IMG/VR virus record: IMGVR_UViG_3300020401_001540 | Coordinates: 1 to 64,000 of that record | Reading direction: 5' to 3' (one strand) | DNA length: 64,000 nt | Source of the DNA: a virus | In this document: positions 1 to 8,228 of the stretch, one piece after another | Position numbering within the stretch: the first letter of the stretch is position 1 | How the letters are laid out: each line of letters starts with the position of its first letter | Program-made: the position numbers and the translations under genes | Notes under the pieces: model-generated | The model's input: only the letters and a program-made list of their open reading frames with translations | The model's database searches: none | Told to the model about the DNA's origin: nothing

Positions 1-399
1 TACAAAGGCATGTTGGTAGTGCGAAGCGAAATAAAAAGCATGTGTTCGCATCATCATCAACCAGTAAATGGTGTAGCTTACATTGGTATTATTGCCGCAG
101 AAACACTTATAGGACTTTCTAAATATACACGTATTGCACAATGGTGTGCTAGGCGTGGAACACTACAAGAAGAACTAAACAACGTGATTGCTAACGAGAT
201 ACAAAAAGCAACTGGTAGTTCTAATGTAGGCGTATACTTACAAGCAACACATGGTTGTTGTGAAAATAGAGGTATTGGTGCTCATAGTAGTTTGACACAG
301 ACAACTGTACTACGTGGAGCATTCGGAGACGATGCAGGTACTAAAAAAGAGTTCATGGACAATATCAAATTACAACAAGAATTTGCTTGTAACAAATAG
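1..399 (+). CDS. folE: GTP cyclohydrolase I (FolE), 5'-truncated by the window edge
   Basis: Frame is open from base 1 (YKGMLVVRSEIKS). It has the Zn-binding CSHH motif, GLSK..R, LQE, and HGC(C)ENRG typical of GCH-I. Confidence 0.95.
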   Translation, partial: YKGMLVVRSEIKSMCSHHHQPVNGVAYIGIIAAETLIGLSKYTRIAQWCARRGTLQEELNNVIANEIQKATGSSNVGVYLQATHGCCENRGIGAHSSLTQTTVLRGAFGDDAGTKKEFMDNIKLQQEFACNK

Positions 400-409
400 A
401 AAGGTGAAT

Positions 410-637
410 ATGAAAATTTCTAATAAAGATCCAGGCGCAGGGCATTTTGCCGTTAGCCTGGTTAAAAGCATTTTTAGATTGGTAGCATCGGCTATATTAA
501 TTTTAGCAGGATACTACTTATATGGTGCAGAAAATTACACAGACTTGTTATTATCAGATGCAGGATACTTTTTGATGTTAGCAGGAGGTGGACTTTTCTG
601 TGCTGAAGTACTTGGCATTGTAGAGGAGATTGTGTAA
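410..637 (+). CDS. Small membrane protein (2 predicted TM helices)
   Basis: ATG at 410 follows AAGGTG, so the ORF-track start at 314 (inside folE) is unlikely. Hydrophobic stretches LVASAILILAGYYL and YFLMLAGGGLFCAEVLGIV. Confidence 0.7.
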   Translation: MKISNKDPGAGHFAVSLVKSIFRLVASAILILAGYYLYGAENYTDLLLSDAGYFLMLAGGGLFCAEVLGIVEEIV

Positions 638-837
638 TGGTGCTAGAAGATGGACCACTTAAATCAGCATTTGAAAGAAATACAGAAGGTGTTGTAAAAC
701 AAGAATTTATTACATACGTTGTGAAAGGTAATCAGCTTGTGAAAGAAACTGTAGTAAGAAAGTTTCATTCTAAAGGAGATTATGTTGACAGCAGTTATTC
801 AGAACCATTAGTGGAGGTTAAAAATGAAGTTAAGTGA
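637..837 (+). CDS. Hypothetical protein (66 aa)
   Basis: TAATG translational coupling with the upstream gene. Confidence 0.65.
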   Translation: MVLEDGPLKSAFERNTEGVVKQEFITYVVKGNQLVKETVVRKFHSKGDYVDSSYSEPLVEVKNEVK

Positions 838-937
838 ATTTAGAAAAAAGTTTGGTGAAGGTACAGATTTTGATCTTGATTATGGAAAACTTTTTATTAT
901 TGCTTTGTGTATCTACATTGCAGTACAGGTGAGCTAA
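824..937 (+). CDS. Small single-TM membrane peptide (37 aa), absent from the ORF track
   Basis: GGAGG SD at 813-817 and ATG at 824. Translates to MKLSEFRKKFGEGTDFDLDYGKLFIIALCIYIAVQVS*. The stop is TAATG-coupled to the next gene. Confidence 0.6.
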   Translation: MKLSEFRKKFGEGTDFDLDYGKLFIIALCIYIAVQVS

Positions 938-1089
938 TGATGAAGCTATTCAAAAGAAATGATACAAGGCCACACTGGGAAGTTATGGCTGACGATGGTA
1001 TGAACAAGTTTTTAAAGTTTTGTATTACTTGTGTGTTTTTATACTTTGGTTATCATACAGTAATAGCACTTATAGATAGGTTCTTTTAA
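937..1089 (+). CDS. Small membrane protein (50 aa)
   Basis: TAATG coupling at both ends. C-terminal hydrophobic helix FLKFCITCVFLYFGYHTVIALI. Confidence 0.6.
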   Translation: MMKLFKRNDTRPHWEVMADDGMNKFLKFCITCVFLYFGYHTVIALIDRFF

Positions 1090-2018
1090 TGACAACACTT
1101 GCCCAACATGATTTTAGTAAGACAGTAGAAAAGAAGTTTTACTATTCTGAAATATTTTATAGTATTCAAGGTGAAGGACATTACACAGGTGTTCCGACAG
1201 CTTGGATACGTTTCTTTCTATGTAACTTACAATGTAATGGCTTTGGGCAATTAGATCCAACAAATCCTGACACGTATGATTTGCCATTCCAAGACTTTGA
1301 TGTAAGTTCTGTGAAACGTGTTGAGGACTTGCCAGTATGGGAAAAAGGTTGTGACTCAAGTTACACTTGGGCAAAAAAGTTTAAAGACTTAATGGGCCAA
1401 GAAACTCCTACTGCTATGGCAAACAAGATTGTTGATTGTATTAAGAATGATAGCAATCCAGAAGGTAAGTTTTTACATCCTGTAAGTAAACAACATCAAC
1501 ATCTTTGTTTTACAGGCGGAGAACCTTTGATGGTTACAGGACAACAGGCAGTGGTAGGTATATACAATGAACTTAAAAGACAGAACAATTTGCCTGGTTC
1601 TATGACATTTGAAACTAACGGCACACAAAAATTAAGAGAGCCGTTCTTAGAATGGGCTAAGAGTATTGACACAGAAATATTTTTTAGTTGTAGTCCTAAA
1701 CTGTTTACTGTATCAGGTGAAAAAACTGAAAAGGCAATCAAGCCCGAAATTGTTGCTGAATACTTAAAGGCATCTACAAAAGGACAACTTAAATTTGTGG
1801 TTGGCAGTTTACAACGTGAATGGGATGAGATGGAAGAAACAGTAGAAAAGTTTAGAAGTGCTGGTGTTGATTGGCCAGTATGGATTATGCCTACAGGAGC
1901 AAGATCAGAAGAACAGGAAGCAACTGCTGGTTCTGTAGCACAAAAGGCATTCCAAAGAGGATACAATGTTGCGGCAAGAGTACATGTATATCTATTTGGT
2001 AATGCTATAGGAACGTAA
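1089..2018 (+). CDS. queE: 7-carboxy-7-deazaguanine synthase (QueE, radical SAM)
   Basis: SEIFYSIQGEG..TGVP...IRF, CNLQC...CDS, TGGEP, ETNGT, SPKL and LKFVV motifs. Lies next to folE. Confidence 0.92.
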   Translation: MTTLAQHDFSKTVEKKFYYSEIFYSIQGEGHYTGVPTAWIRFFLCNLQCNGFGQLDPTNPDTYDLPFQDFDVSSVKRVEDLPVWEKGCDSSYTWAKKFKDLMGQETPTAMANKIVDCIKNDSNPEGKFLHPVSKQHQHLCFTGGEPLMVTGQQAVVGIYNELKRQNNLPGSMTFETNGTQKLREPFLEWAKSIDTEIFFSCSPKLFTVSGEKTEKAIKPEIVAEYLKASTKGQLKFVVGSLQREWDEMEETVEKFRSAGVDWPVWIMPTGARSEEQEATAGSVAQKAFQRGYNVAARVHVYLFGNAIGT

Positions 2019-2019
2019 C

Positions 2020-2202
2020 ATGTGGAATTTTTTAACAAGTTTGTTTAAAAACAAACAAGAAGATAAAGGTTACAATGATCCTTTTACTGAGATGATAGAA
2101 ATGAAAAGACAATACGAAAACGAACAACATGAAAAGGCAATGAAGGCTGAAATTAAAAAAGAGACCTTAGACGAAGAACTAAGGAGAAAAGGACTGATAT
2201 GA
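2020..2202 (+). CDS. Hypothetical protein (60 aa)
   Basis: Starts 1 nt after the queE stop and has an ATGA overlap with the next gene. Confidence 0.6.
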   Translation: MWNFLTSLFKNKQEDKGYNDPFTEMIEMKRQYENEQHEKAMKAEIKKETLDEELRRKGLI

Positions 2203-2582
2203 AAGACATGTTAGACAAATTGCTTGGTAGAAAAGCAAAAACAACGCCAAAAAAAATGACTGCGGAAGAAGAACGTAGATCTGTCCTTGCAAAAGAAAAA
2301 GAAGAAGCTACAAAAAATAAAAAACCCTGGGTTGGTGTTTTAGACACAAAAGTAAATCCAGATGATATTAAAAACGGCTTTTTTGAACTAGACTGGAACA
2401 ATGAATTTATTGAACAGTTGCTAGATGCAGGATATACAGGCGAAACAAATGAACAAATAGTAGATGCTTGGTTTAAAACTATAGCAAGGCAAATACTTGA
2501 AGATGAAGGATTAGATCCAGATAGAGGTGCTGGATTTATTGATACTAAAGGTATTGGTAAAGGAAAAGCAGAAGTTTCTTGA
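2199..2582 (+). CDS. Hypothetical phage protein (127 aa)
   Basis: ATGA-coupled ORF with AGGA SD. Contains GFFELDWN..F. Confidence 0.75.
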   Translation: MKDMLDKLLGRKAKTTPKKMTAEEERRSVLAKEKEEATKNKKPWVGVLDTKVNPDDIKNGFFELDWNNEFIEQLLDAGYTGETNEQIVDAWFKTIARQILEDEGLDPDRGAGFIDTKGIGKGKAEVS

Positions 2583-2607
2583 CATCTTTACAAAAAGGCA
2601 CTATAAT
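2579..2607 (+). promoter_or_regulatory. Consensus sigma70 promoter for the RNase H gene
   Basis: TTGACA (2579-2584), 17-nt spacer, TATAAT (2602-2607): a perfect consensus match. Confidence 0.85.
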
Positions 2608-2634
2608 ATAATAAAAATGCAAAAGGCAAACAAC

Positions 2635-3618
2635 ATGACGTATATTTTGGTAGATACTGCAAATACTTTCTTTCGTGCAAGACATGTAGTACGTGGAGAT
2701 CTTGATACAAAAGTTGGTATGGCGTTCCATATAACACTAGGTAGTATTAGAAAGGCATGGGCCGATTTTGAAGGTGCTCATGTAGTATTTTGTTTGGAAG
2801 GACGTAGTTGGCGTAAAGACTTTTATGAACCTTACAAAAGAAATAGAAGTGATGCCCGTGCGGCACAGACAGAATCCCAACAAGAAGAAGATAAAGTATT
2901 CTGGGAAATGTTTGATGAATGGAAAGAATTTGTAACTAATAAAACAAACTGTTCTGTTTTACATCATCCGCAACTAGAAGCTGATGATCTAATTGCTGGT
3001 TGGATACAGGCACACCCAAATGATAATCATGTTATCATATCAACAGATGGTGACTTTGCACAATTGATTGCTCCTAACGTAAAGCAATACAATGGTGTAA
3101 GTAACACAATTATTACACACGAAGGCTACTTTGACGATAAGAAAAAACAACCTATCATAGATAAAAAGACAGGCAAAGAAAAAGAGGCACCTAATCCAGA
3201 ATTCATGCTATTTGAAAAATGCATGAGAGGTGATACAAGTGACAATGTGTTTAGTGCATATCCTGGCGTAAGAACAAAAGGCACTAGAAACAAAGTTGGA
3301 CTTATAGAGGCTTTTGATGATAGGCAAACAAAAGGTTTTAATTGGAATAACCTTATGTTACAACGTTGGACTGACCACGAAGGTAATGAACATCGTGTGT
3401 TAGATGATTACAATAGAAACGTAACCTTGTGCGATCTTTCTGCACAACCTGGCAATATTAGAAGCATTATAAATGATGTTGTAGAAGAAGCTATGGAACC
3501 AAAGAAGGTATCACAAGTAGGATTACATTTAATGAAATTCTGTGCAAAACACGATATGCAAAGAATAGCAGATAACGTACAACAATATGCAGAGGCTTTG
3601 AATGCAAAATATGCCTGA
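2635..3618 (+). CDS. rnh: T4 RNase H-like 5'-3' exonuclease / flap endonuclease
   Basis: YILVD, SWRKD..EPYKRNR, EADDLI, ISTDGDF.QL and RGDTSDNV..YPG (H3TH) motifs. Start placed at ATG 2635, downstream of the promoter. Confidence 0.9.
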   Translation: MTYILVDTANTFFRARHVVRGDLDTKVGMAFHITLGSIRKAWADFEGAHVVFCLEGRSWRKDFYEPYKRNRSDARAAQTESQQEEDKVFWEMFDEWKEFVTNKTNCSVLHHPQLEADDLIAGWIQAHPNDNHVIISTDGDFAQLIAPNVKQYNGVSNTIITHEGYFDDKKKQPIIDKKTGKEKEAPNPEFMLFEKCMRGDTSDNVFSAYPGVRTKGTRNKVGLIEAFDDRQTKGFNWNNLMLQRWTDHEGNEHRVLDDYNRNVTLCDLSAQPGNIRSIINDVVEEAMEPKKVSQVGLHLMKFCAKHDMQRIADNVQQYAEALNAKYA

Positions 3619-3628
3619 AGGAGGAAGT

Positions 3629-4105
3629 ATGACAATTAAAGCAAAACCTATACTAAAAAATAAATTTTGGATTATTGAATCCAACGGAGAAAGAATTGGT
3701 ACTTTATCAAAACAAGAAGATAAAAGATTAATGTACAGTTGTGCAACAGGCACTGAATACTTTACAGATACAAAATCTTTCAATAGTTTTATCGGTGGTG
3801 TGAGCTGGGACAAGGCAAGTATCTCAGACGGTAGTAGTACAAAAGAGATACATGGATTTAACACATCTACATCGCCTTTTAATGTAATGTACAATGTACA
3901 AAAGAAACTGCCATTATTCACAAAGAGTAAAAAGAGCAAAAGTTTATATTGTGCAGGATACTATATTATTAAATTTGAAAAAGGTTGGGTAAGAAGTTTT
4001 TGTCCTAAACTAGTTACACTAGAAAAGTATCCTTACAAAGGACCTTTTAAAACAGAGTTTACAATGAGACAGGAGTTATCAAATGCAAACAAAAGAAGCA
4101 ATTAA
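3629..4105 (+). CDS. Hypothetical phage protein
   Basis: AGGAGG SD at 3619-3624 before ATG 3629. Confidence 0.75.
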   Translation: MTIKAKPILKNKFWIIESNGERIGTLSKQEDKRLMYSCATGTEYFTDTKSFNSFIGGVSWDKASISDGSSTKEIHGFNTSTSPFNVMYNVQKKLPLFTKSKKSKSLYCAGYYIIKFEKGWVRSFCPKLVTLEKYPYKGPFKTEFTMRQELSNANKRSN

Positions 4106-4328
4106 TACAATTCCTATTCAAAAATTTGTGCAACAAGTAAAGGTTGCTGATGCAGGCAATCATAAAGAAATACGTATGCAGATTCAAGAAGCAAAGAATC
4201 TTATGTTTGCTTTAAGCACCGTATTAGCTAATCAGCAGGGTAGATTAGAGCAATTAATAATAGATAACAAAGGTAATGCTGACGAAGTTGTTACAGTAAC
4301 AATGGACGGCGGCACAGGTTGGAAATAA
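4083..4328 (+). CDS. Hypothetical protein (81 aa)
   Basis: AGGAG SD upstream. Overlaps the preceding gene end. Confidence 0.7.
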   Translation: MQTKEAINTIPIQKFVQQVKVADAGNHKEIRMQIQEAKNLMFALSTVLANQQGRLEQLIIDNKGNADEVVTVTMDGGTGWK

Positions 4329-4354
4329 AACACTCTGTTATCCTCTAAAAAGAG

Positions 4355-4361
4355 ATAAATA
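4355..4361 (+). promoter_or_regulatory. Putative T4-like late promoter (ATAAATA)
   Basis: Intergenic ATAAATA ~30 nt upstream of ATG 4392. The motif recurs in most intergenic gaps. Confidence 0.55.
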
Positions 4362-4391
4362 TATGTGTAGTTAATTTAAAGGATTACACAT

Positions 4392-4682
4392 ATGAGTAGA
4401 CCAAAACCAACAGTGATACTTGAAAACATTGACAAGGCGTCATATAAATGTGAGCAAGTTTTAAAGGCTGAAGCAATATGGGCCGTGTTTTATCAGGGTG
4501 TACCATTCAATTTAAAAACATCTAATGCCTTAACAAACTATCCAGGACCTAAGTATAAAAAGGTTTCATTTTCAAATCCAGGACATGCACATAACCTTGC
4601 AAAAAAACTAAACGACATGTTTAATTGCAAAGACTTTGAAGTATATAAGTTAACACAAGGTGAAGTGGTTACTGATGAATAA
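4392..4682 (+). CDS. Hypothetical phage protein (96 aa)
   Basis: AAGGA SD. Sequence MSRPKP...YPGPKYKKVSFSNPGHA. Confidence 0.8.
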   Translation: MSRPKPTVILENIDKASYKCEQVLKAEAIWAVFYQGVPFNLKTSNALTNYPGPKYKKVSFSNPGHAHNLAKKLNDMFNCKDFEVYKLTQGEVVTDE

Positions 4683-5062
4683 TGAACTGGAAAGAGACAT
4701 ACACAAAGATCTTCCTTAAACAAGCCAACATTGCAATAAGCGAAGCAACACTGAAAGAGTATATGCCAGTATGGTGGCAGAATACAAGAGGTAAAAGTAC
4801 AGGTGGATTGCGTCTTACAGATGACGGCTTTGATTTTCTTTTGGAAAAACTTGATCTACAAATGTACGAGATACCGTTTCCAAAAGACTTTACTATGACT
4901 ACCCAAACAATTATATTTTTGGACCAATTTATCAATTGTCCATACTATATTACTCCTAGAAGCATATTTGTAACGGACGAAAAGAAGTCAATGGAACTGC
5001 ATCTTTTCTCCGGAGATCTCCGAAAATACGGATTAGTAAAAGCAATAGAACGCCAAAAATAA
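4682..5062 (+). CDS. Hypothetical phage protein (126 aa)
   Basis: TAATG-coupled ORF containing GGLRLTDDG. Confidence 0.8.
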   Translation: MNWKETYTKIFLKQANIAISEATLKEYMPVWWQNTRGKSTGGLRLTDDGFDFLLEKLDLQMYEIPFPKDFTMTTQTIIFLDQFINCPYYITPRSIFVTDEKKSMELHLFSGDLRKYGLVKAIERQK

Positions 5063-5084
5063 TCATATTTTGGCAAAAAAGAGG

Positions 5085-5112
5085 TTGACTTTTATCTAAG
5101 TGATGCTATACT
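5085..5112 (+). promoter_or_regulatory. sigma70-type promoter with extended -10 for the AAA ATPase
   Basis: TTGACT (5085-5090), 16 nt, TGC-TATACT (hexamer 5107-5112), with an upstream A-tract. Confidence 0.7.
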
Positions 5113-5159
5113 GTATACATAGTTAGAAATAGGCACTGACTTAGAAAAAGGAGTACAAC

Positions 5160-6248
5160 ATGGAAAATATCGCACTTAGAACAGTTTCACCGAATGGCGC
5201 AAAAAGAAGCATTCGTAGGGCGTTCAAAAAACAAAGACCAATCTTTATTTGGGGACCTCCAGGTATTGGTAAATCAGAAGTAGTTCATCAAATTGGTGAT
5301 GAATATAAAAAATCGTTAGTAATTGACATTCGTTTGTCATTATGGGAACCTACAGACATTAAGGGTATTCCATACTTTGACGCAGTACAGGGTAGAATGG
5401 TATGGGCACCACCTGTAGAACTTCCAGATGCGGAAACTGCTAAGAAGTACGATATTATTATCCTGTTTATGGATGAAATGAATTCGGCTCCGCCAGCAGT
5501 ACAGGCGGCGGCATATCAGTTAATTCTTAACCGTAGGGTTGGAACTTATCACTTGCCAAAGAACGTTGTTATCGTTGCGGCAGGTAATAGAGAAGCTGAC
5601 AAAGGCGTTACTTATAGAATGCCTGCTCCGTTGGCTAACAGATTTGTTCACTTAGAAATGAAAGTGGACTTTGATGATTGGTTTTCTTGGGCTACTGGCA
5701 ACAAAATACATACTGATGTTGTCGGTTATTTGAATTTTGCAAAGAAAGACTTATATGACTTTGATCCTAAGAGTCCGAGTCGTTCTTTTGCAACACCTCG
5801 TTCTTGGTCATTTGTGTCTGAATTACTTGAAGACGATGATGACGAGAATACCACTACCGATTTGGTAAGTGGTGCAGTCGGCGAAGGACTTGCCGTAAAG
5901 TTCATGGCGCATCGTAAGGTTGCTTCGAAACTTCCTAATCCAATTGACATTTTAAATGGCAAGGTGAAGGAAATAGAGACCAAAGAAATCAGTGCCATGT
6001 ATTCCTTAACGGTCTCGCTATGTTATGAGCTTAAAGACGCTTGTGATAAAAACGACAAAAAGTTCGACGATAAAGTCAATAACTTTTTACGTTTTGCAAT
6101 GGACAATTTTGACACTGAATTGGTTGTTATGGGTATCAAGTTAGCCCTCACTCAGTACTCACTTCCAATTGACCCAGATGAGGTTGAGTGTTTTGATGAG
6201 TTCCACAATCGTTTTGGCAAGTACATACAAGCCGCTCAAAGTGCATAA
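5160..6248 (+). CDS. MoxR-like AAA+ ATPase
   Basis: Walker A GPPGIGKS, Walker B ILFMDE, sensor AAGN, arginine finger PLANRF and TPRSW. AAGGAG SD. Confidence 0.9.
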   Translation: MENIALRTVSPNGAKRSIRRAFKKQRPIFIWGPPGIGKSEVVHQIGDEYKKSLVIDIRLSLWEPTDIKGIPYFDAVQGRMVWAPPVELPDAETAKKYDIIILFMDEMNSAPPAVQAAAYQLILNRRVGTYHLPKNVVIVAAGNREADKGVTYRMPAPLANRFVHLEMKVDFDDWFSWATGNKIHTDVVGYLNFAKKDLYDFDPKSPSRSFATPRSWSFVSELLEDDDDENTTTDLVSGAVGEGLAVKFMAHRKVASKLPNPIDILNGKVKEIETKEISAMYSLTVSLCYELKDACDKNDKKFDDKVNNFLRFAMDNFDTELVVMGIKLALTQYSLPIDPDEVECFDEFHNRFGKYIQAAQSA

Positions 6249-6255
6249 TAGCACA

Positions 6256-6299
6256 GGGAGTTTGGACAGTCTCCTCCAAAAAAACTGTCCTTTTTTCTT
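6256..6299 (+). terminator. Intrinsic terminator with H-type pseudoknot potential
   Basis: GGACAGT (6264-6270) pairs with ACTGTCC (6284-6290), followed by TTTTTTCTT. GGGAG (6256-6260) can also pair with CTCCT (6271-6275). Confidence 0.6.
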
Positions 6300-6326
6300 G
6301 ACAAACTTGTTTAAATATGCTATTAT
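6298..6326 (+). promoter_or_regulatory. sigma70-type promoter with extended -10 for the VWA gene
   Basis: TTGACA (6298-6303), 17 nt, TGC-TATTAT (hexamer 6321-6326). Confidence 0.75.
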
Positions 6327-6359
6327 ATAAACATAATAAGGCACTGAAGGAGAGGCAAC

Positions 6360-7631
6360 ATGACAATAGATACTAAAGGATTTGAACCTAAAGAGCTTAC
6401 ACAAGATGAACTTGCAGTAATGCGAGCTGATGTAGCTGATAGAATTATTGTTGCCAGAGTAGGTTTACTCCTTAGACATCCGTTTTTTGGTAATATGGCT
6501 ACAAGGTTGAAAGTTCAACATTGTGATGATTGGTGCCCTACAGCCGCTACAGATGGCAAACATTTATTTTACAATACACAATTCTTTAATGCTCTATCTA
6601 ATAAAGAAATAGAGTTTGTTATTGCACATGAAATTCTTCATTGTGTTTTTGACCACATTATTAGACGTGAAGATAGAGATCCTCAGATTTATAATATTGC
6701 TTGTGATTACATTGTTAACAATACATTGGTACGTGATGGTATTGGTGAGCCTGTAAAAATGATACAGATTTTTCAGGACTTTAAGTATGATGGTTGGATG
6801 TCAGAAGAAGTTTATGATGATATCTACCAGAAAGCAAAAGAGAATGGTCAAAAGTTCTTAGAGCAAATGGGTGAACTTTTAGATGAACATATTGATTGGG
6901 AGAAGGCTCCTAAGAAATCTAAAGGCAAAAAAGGTGGTGCTGGTAGCACCCGTCCAACTTATACTAAAGAGCAACTAGGCAAGATAAGAGATGAAATAAA
7001 AGAAAATATGATGTCCGCGGCACAGGCCGCAGGTGCAGGTAATGTTCCTGGTGAGATCGAAAGGATGATCAAACAACTTACCGAACCTAAGATGAATTGG
7101 AGAGAAATACTTAGACAGCAGATTCAGGCAACAATAAAAAATGATTACACGTTTAGTAGACCTAGCAGAAAAGGTTGGCATACTGGTGTTGTATTACCAG
7201 GTATGAATTTCGATCAGCAAATTGATGCCGCTATTGCAATTGACATGTCAGGCTCAATTGGTGACGATCAAGCTGGAATTTTCCTTACAGAAGTAAAAGG
7301 CATCATGGACGAATTCAAAGAGTACAACTTGAAGATCTGGTGTTTTGATACAAAGGTTTATAATGAACAGGATTTTTCTTCTACAGAAGGTGATGATATT
7401 ACAAGCTACAAAGTTATGGGAGGCGGCGGAACCGAGTTTATGTGTAATTGGGAATACATGAAAGATAATGATATTGTTCCTAAAAAATTAATTATGTTTA
7501 CAGATGGTTACCCATGGGGACAATGGGGTGAAGAAGACTACTGTGAAACTGTATTTGTTATTCACGGTAATCATGACAAATCACTTAATGCACCATTTGG
7601 TGTTACTACCCATTACGAAGATGCCGCTTAA
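6360..7631 (+). CDS. Metallopeptidase-like (HExxH) plus VWA domain protein (DUF2201-like), MoxR partner
   Basis: TAATDG, AHEILH zinc motif, MIDAS DMSGS, GGGGT and FTDG. Adjacent to the AAA ATPase. Confidence 0.88.
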   Translation: MTIDTKGFEPKELTQDELAVMRADVADRIIVARVGLLLRHPFFGNMATRLKVQHCDDWCPTAATDGKHLFYNTQFFNALSNKEIEFVIAHEILHCVFDHIIRREDRDPQIYNIACDYIVNNTLVRDGIGEPVKMIQIFQDFKYDGWMSEEVYDDIYQKAKENGQKFLEQMGELLDEHIDWEKAPKKSKGKKGGAGSTRPTYTKEQLGKIRDEIKENMMSAAQAAGAGNVPGEIERMIKQLTEPKMNWREILRQQIQATIKNDYTFSRPSRKGWHTGVVLPGMNFDQQIDAAIAIDMSGSIGDDQAGIFLTEVKGIMDEFKEYNLKIWCFDTKVYNEQDFSSTEGDDITSYKVMGGGGTEFMCNWEYMKDNDIVPKKLIMFTDGYPWGQWGEEDYCETVFVIHGNHDKSLNAPFGVTTHYEDAA

Positions 7632-7633
7632 AT

Positions 7634-7918
7634 ATGATTGCACACAAAAATAAAATATCACCTGAAGATTTTTTCAACATAAGGAGACTGAAATATAAGC
7701 CTCCTCATTTAGCTATGATAGATTTACCCTCACAATATAATCTAGAACAAGCAGTTGAAAAATGGATAGAAACCAATCTTAAAAAGCGGTATTATTTGAA
7801 TAAAACCGTGGGTTTGACTAAGGAAAACAAGCTAGAACAAGTAATGAGAGTTGGATTTGAAGATCCAAAAGAGCTTTCATATTTCGTTTTGGCGTGTCCA
7901 CTTTTGAAGTACAAGTAA
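7634..7918 (+). CDS. Hypothetical protein (94 aa)
   Basis: Starts 2 nt after the VWA gene. Contains VGFEDPKELSYF. Confidence 0.7.
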   Translation: MIAHKNKISPEDFFNIRRLKYKPPHLAMIDLPSQYNLEQAVEKWIETNLKKRYYLNKTVGLTKENKLEQVMRVGFEDPKELSYFVLACPLLKYK

Positions 7919-7921
7919 ATA
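7916..7921 (+). promoter_or_regulatory. Putative late promoter TAAATA overlapping a stop codon
   Basis: TAAATA includes the TAA of 7634..7918 and lies 35 nt before ATG 7956. Confidence 0.45.
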
Positions 7922-7955
7922 TAAAGTACATATATAATTAAGAAGGAGTATTAAT

Positions 7956-8228
7956 ATGTCGACAGAACAACCAAAAGCACCCGAAGCTCAACCGGCGGCT
8001 CAGCCACAAGCTGGAGCACCTGTTGAATTGACAGTGCAAGATCTTGGAGTACTAAGATCTATTATTGATGTTGCATCTCAAAGAGGTGCTTTCAAAGCCA
8101 ACGAAATGGAAGCAGTTGGTAAAACATATAACAAGCTAGACACTTTCTTACAGCAAGTTCAAAAGGCTGAGGAAGAGGCAAAAAAAGCAAACGAAGCCAC
8201 TAAGGAAGAGTCCAAAGGAGACAAATAA
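7956..8228 (+). CDS. Hypothetical protein (90 aa, helical)
   Basis: AAGGAG SD. Contains IIDVASQRGAFKANEMEAVG. Confidence 0.8.
   Translation: MSTEQPKAPEAQPAAQPQAGAPVELTVQDLGVLRSIIDVASQRGAFKANEMEAVGKTYNKLDTFLQQVQKAEEEAKKANEATKEESKGDK

Noticed and set aside
1496-2038. Antisense ORFs in the track (e.g. 1496..2038, 9515..10000, 14596..15228, 37656..38675, and many inside the 5002-aa gene)
   Set aside because: They lie opposite well-supported genes and lack motifs or SDs. They are shadow ORFs arising from codon bias.
2527-2634. Extended N-terminus of RNase H given by the ORF track
   Set aside because: It overlaps the upstream gene and a perfect sigma70 promoter. The homologous domain begins at MTYILVD (2635).
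6256-6290. preQ1-I or SAM-II/V riboswitch
   Set aside because: Only the topology is similar. The conserved ligand-binding loop nucleotides are not evident and the element is not upstream of que genes.
6246-6362. Stop-codon readthrough fusing MoxR and VWA (same frame, pseudoknot just after the stop)
   Set aside because: There is a double stop TAA TAG and further in-frame stops. The VWA gene also has its own promoter and SD.
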